DNA from: Hyphochytrium catenoides
Lineage: Eukaryota; Protista; Hyphochytriomycota
Direction of reading: 5' to 3'
Length of the DNA stretch: 52,888 bases
NCBI GenBank assembly: GCA_900088475.1
Contig: FLMG01000388.1
Location: 1-52,888, forward strand
The position numbers and the translations under genes were made by a program. Below, one piece after another: positions 50,303 through 52,888 of the stretch (within the stretch, counting starts at the first letter, position 1; each line of letters opens with the position of its first letter). Under the pieces are notes generated by a model. That model saw only the letters and a list, made by a program, of their open reading frames with translations. It searched no databases and had not been told where the DNA came from.

Positions 50303-50991
50303 TCAAACTCCGGGGAGTCTCTGCATCGACTTTCCTCTTGATCGCGTGCCAGAGGCAGTCAAGGGCCTGGTCTGCGCTTTGAGCTGAAGAGTGAGAGAGA
50401 GTAGTGTTAAAGGTCCGAGCAAAGAGAGAGAAAGGGAGAGAAATCAAATGGGTTGGATGAGAGCTCTGGACCAATGCTTGCTAATACACAGAAAGAGAGA
50501 GAGAAGAAAGAAACAGATGACACATTACCCCTCCGTCAGCCTTCCTTGATCCTGGCGTCAAAGGTCTGCGCGAGTCAGAGAGTTGGATTGAGTTGGGAAG
50601 AGGTAGAGAATGAGCTTAGAACAGAGACGCACTTCTGCGACTCTTTCCCCTCTCTCTTTTCAAATCTTCTCTTTCTCTCTCTCTCTTCCTCATCCTAACT
50701 AACACCTCGCAACTTTCGCAGGTCCTGCACTTGTGGTCTCTCTCTTTCTGTCTCTCTCTTTTTCTCTCTCTTCCTCATCTTAATCAGTGTCTCGCAACTT
50801 TCACAAGGTCCTTCACTTGTGGCACTCTCGCTGTCTCTCTCTTTCTCTCTCCCTCTCTCTTTCTTTGTCCCCGCCCCACTTCATTTCTGTCTGACACTAC
50901 CTGGGCTTTGCCTGCTCCGCCACTTTGGCCGGCGTGAAGCCTGCAGTTCCTGGGAATTATGAGAGAAATGACAAGAGGAGAGGGGAGCGAT

Positions 50992-51030
<39 letters not shown>

Positions 51031-51551
51031 AAAAGTAAGACAAAATTCATAGCTTTCTTGGAGTTGTTCCTTTTCTTCCTCACCATTGACAGATCGGCTA
51101 GCCAGAGGCCAGGCTGTGCTCTGAAGACGGGCATTCTCTCCCCGAACGGAGAGAGAAGAACCACTCTGAGAAGAGAGAAGAGGGACAAAGTTGACTGTCG
51201 CGAGAGAAGTGATGGACGAAGAAGACTTTCTCTTCCCTCCCACGCCTCTCATCAGGTGTTCTGCCCCTCTTTCCGGCGTACTATCACCCTTTCCATCCTC
51301 TCTCTCTCCTCTTGCTGTTCCAAGCTTTGAGAGCCTTCCTACAATCTTCGCCACATTCACGGCCCGAGAGACTTTCCCTGACGCTTGAGCGAAAAGAGAA
51401 GAATCGGAAGAAGAGAGAGAGGGATTGTTCCTTTCTCTCCCTGCTTGCCTTCTCGCGTCTGAAGGCAGGGGCTGCCTGCAGAGGAAAGTGTGAAGAGCCT
51501 CACAGAGGGCAAATCCAATTTCCTGCAACGCGAAAGGAGAAGAGAGAGAGA

Positions 51552-51610
<59 letters not shown>

Positions 51611-52888
51611 ATTAGACAGAGAGCGAGGGTAAGTGCAACTAGAGACATAACAACAGAGCCCTTGAAAGAGGAAAAGAAGAGATATGACGCCAGGGAGGAC
51701 AGAAGGCAAAAATAAGAGCTCTCCTGGGTGAGAGCAAGGGAGAAAAGGAGAAGGAGAGAGAGAGAGAGCTCGGAAGCAAGTGCTGCGAGAGAAAGAGAGA
51801 CACGAGGAGAGGGACTACGAGAAGCAGAAGGGACTGAGAGCGCTAAACCACTCCGTCCCAGAAGAGGCTAAAGAGGAGTATAGAGACAGAAAGAAGAAAT
51901 GCAGAGCAAAAAGGAGAAGAGAGAGAGAAAAAGAGAGAGAAAGAGAACCCAACCTCATAATTCTGCACGGTGAACTGCTTTCCTCCATACATTCCTTGTG
52001 AGGTCCCCTGGAAGGACGCCTCCAGCGTGTAGCTGCAGGGGATCGACAAGTCTTTGCAGACAACAGCGCGAGCAGTGCCTCGCTTGGCGGCAGGCAAATG
52101 GAAACTGAGAGAGAGAAAGTGAAGGAAGAGAAGAGAGAAAGAGGGACAGGCACAGGCAGGGCGAGAGAGAGGAGAGGAAAGGTAAGAGACAAGGGCGATC
52201 AAGTAACCTGATTGCATAAGTTTTTGGCCTTCGACTTGGGGAACATAGGCTTGATACGCTTCTTATCTACAGTCTCCTTTTCGTCTGACGTGTCTCTCTC
52301 TCTCTCTCTTCCATGTCTCTAGAATCACAAGGTTCTTCCCCACACACATTTGGATGCTCTCGTGAGTTCCTCTCTCAGCACATTTGGCTCTCTCTCCCTC
52401 TTCATCAAATATGTGTCTCTCAATCTTCTCTCTTTTCACCTCTTTTCGCATCTGTTAACCTTTGTTTGCTGCAGCTCTCTCTTCATTCCCTTCGTTCCGA
52501 CTCTCTCTCTCTTGTCACTTCACTCTCCCTTTCTCTTCTCCTTCACACACACACACACACACACTCCCTCTCTCTTTTCCCTCTCCTCTATCTCTATCTC
52601 ACTTTTTCCCTCTCCTCTCTTTCTCTCAATCTTCTCTTCTCTCTTCTCTCTTTCTTTCTCTCTCTTTCTTTTGCTTTTTCCCTCTCTTTCTCTCTCTCTC
52701 TTTTCAGTGATGACGCTCTCTCTCACCTGCAGTCCTTGAGGCTGAAGTAGTGCTTCCCAACATTTCCTTCTCGGAATATTTTTGGGAAGTTCCTGACCGC
52801 CGGTCGAGGGTCGTGAGGCTCATCGCAGCCGTAGAGGAATACGTTCAACCGCCGAGAGTGCCCGTGAATATCACAGAAGAAGACGACC
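50303..52888 (-). CDS. Cytosolic carboxypeptidase (M14D, CCP/Nna1/AGBL tubulin deglutamylase family), 3' part; the gene continues beyond the window
   Basis: Exons give FCDIHGHSRRLNVFLYGC, FSLKDCSF, KRGTARAVV...IPCSYTLEASFQG and EIGFALCEAL. The small terminal exons (about 50.9, 50.55 and 50.35 kb) are tentatively assembled to end ...QRLPGV* at 50303. Confidence 0.9.
50681..50829. repeat. Imperfect two-copy tandem repeat (period about 85 bp) in a carboxypeptidase intron
   Basis: cttcctcatc.taa....ctcgcaacttt....ggtcct.cacttgtgg occurs at about 50685 and about 50770. Confidence 0.7.

Overview
A compact, intron-containing eukaryotic nuclear region that is very rich in (GA/CT)n microsatellites. 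Most entries in the ORF track are microsatellite artefacts (ERERER/SLSLSL), and the real genes had to be assembled by hand from GT-AG exons. I can support 13 protein genes and one tRNA: a WRKY19-like Cys/His-repeat protein, an orphan 3-exon protein, tRNA-Phe(GAA), an intronless LigB/DODA dioxygenase, HVA22/REEP, RRN3, a reverse-fused OMPDC-OPRT (UMP synthase), a Tudor-less SMN, a TauE-like membrane protein, WDR59 (GATOR2), a ChrA chromate-transporter family protein, a protein with only part of an LsmAD (ataxin-2/Pbp1) domain, CCDC124, and the 3' part of a cytosolic carboxypeptidase. The reverse-fused UMPS and WRKY19-like repeats suggest a stramenopile (inference). I saw no CRISPR array, rRNA or intact transposon, and I cannot demonstrate a new multi-gene system. 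The best leads are: the partial-LsmAD protein with repeated VGD/FG motifs, a probable beta-trefoil orphan, a cryptic 4-exon gene missed by the ORF track, an interstitial telomere tract, and a loose concentration of TORC1/ribosome/RNP genes. All family calls come from motif recognition, not database searches.
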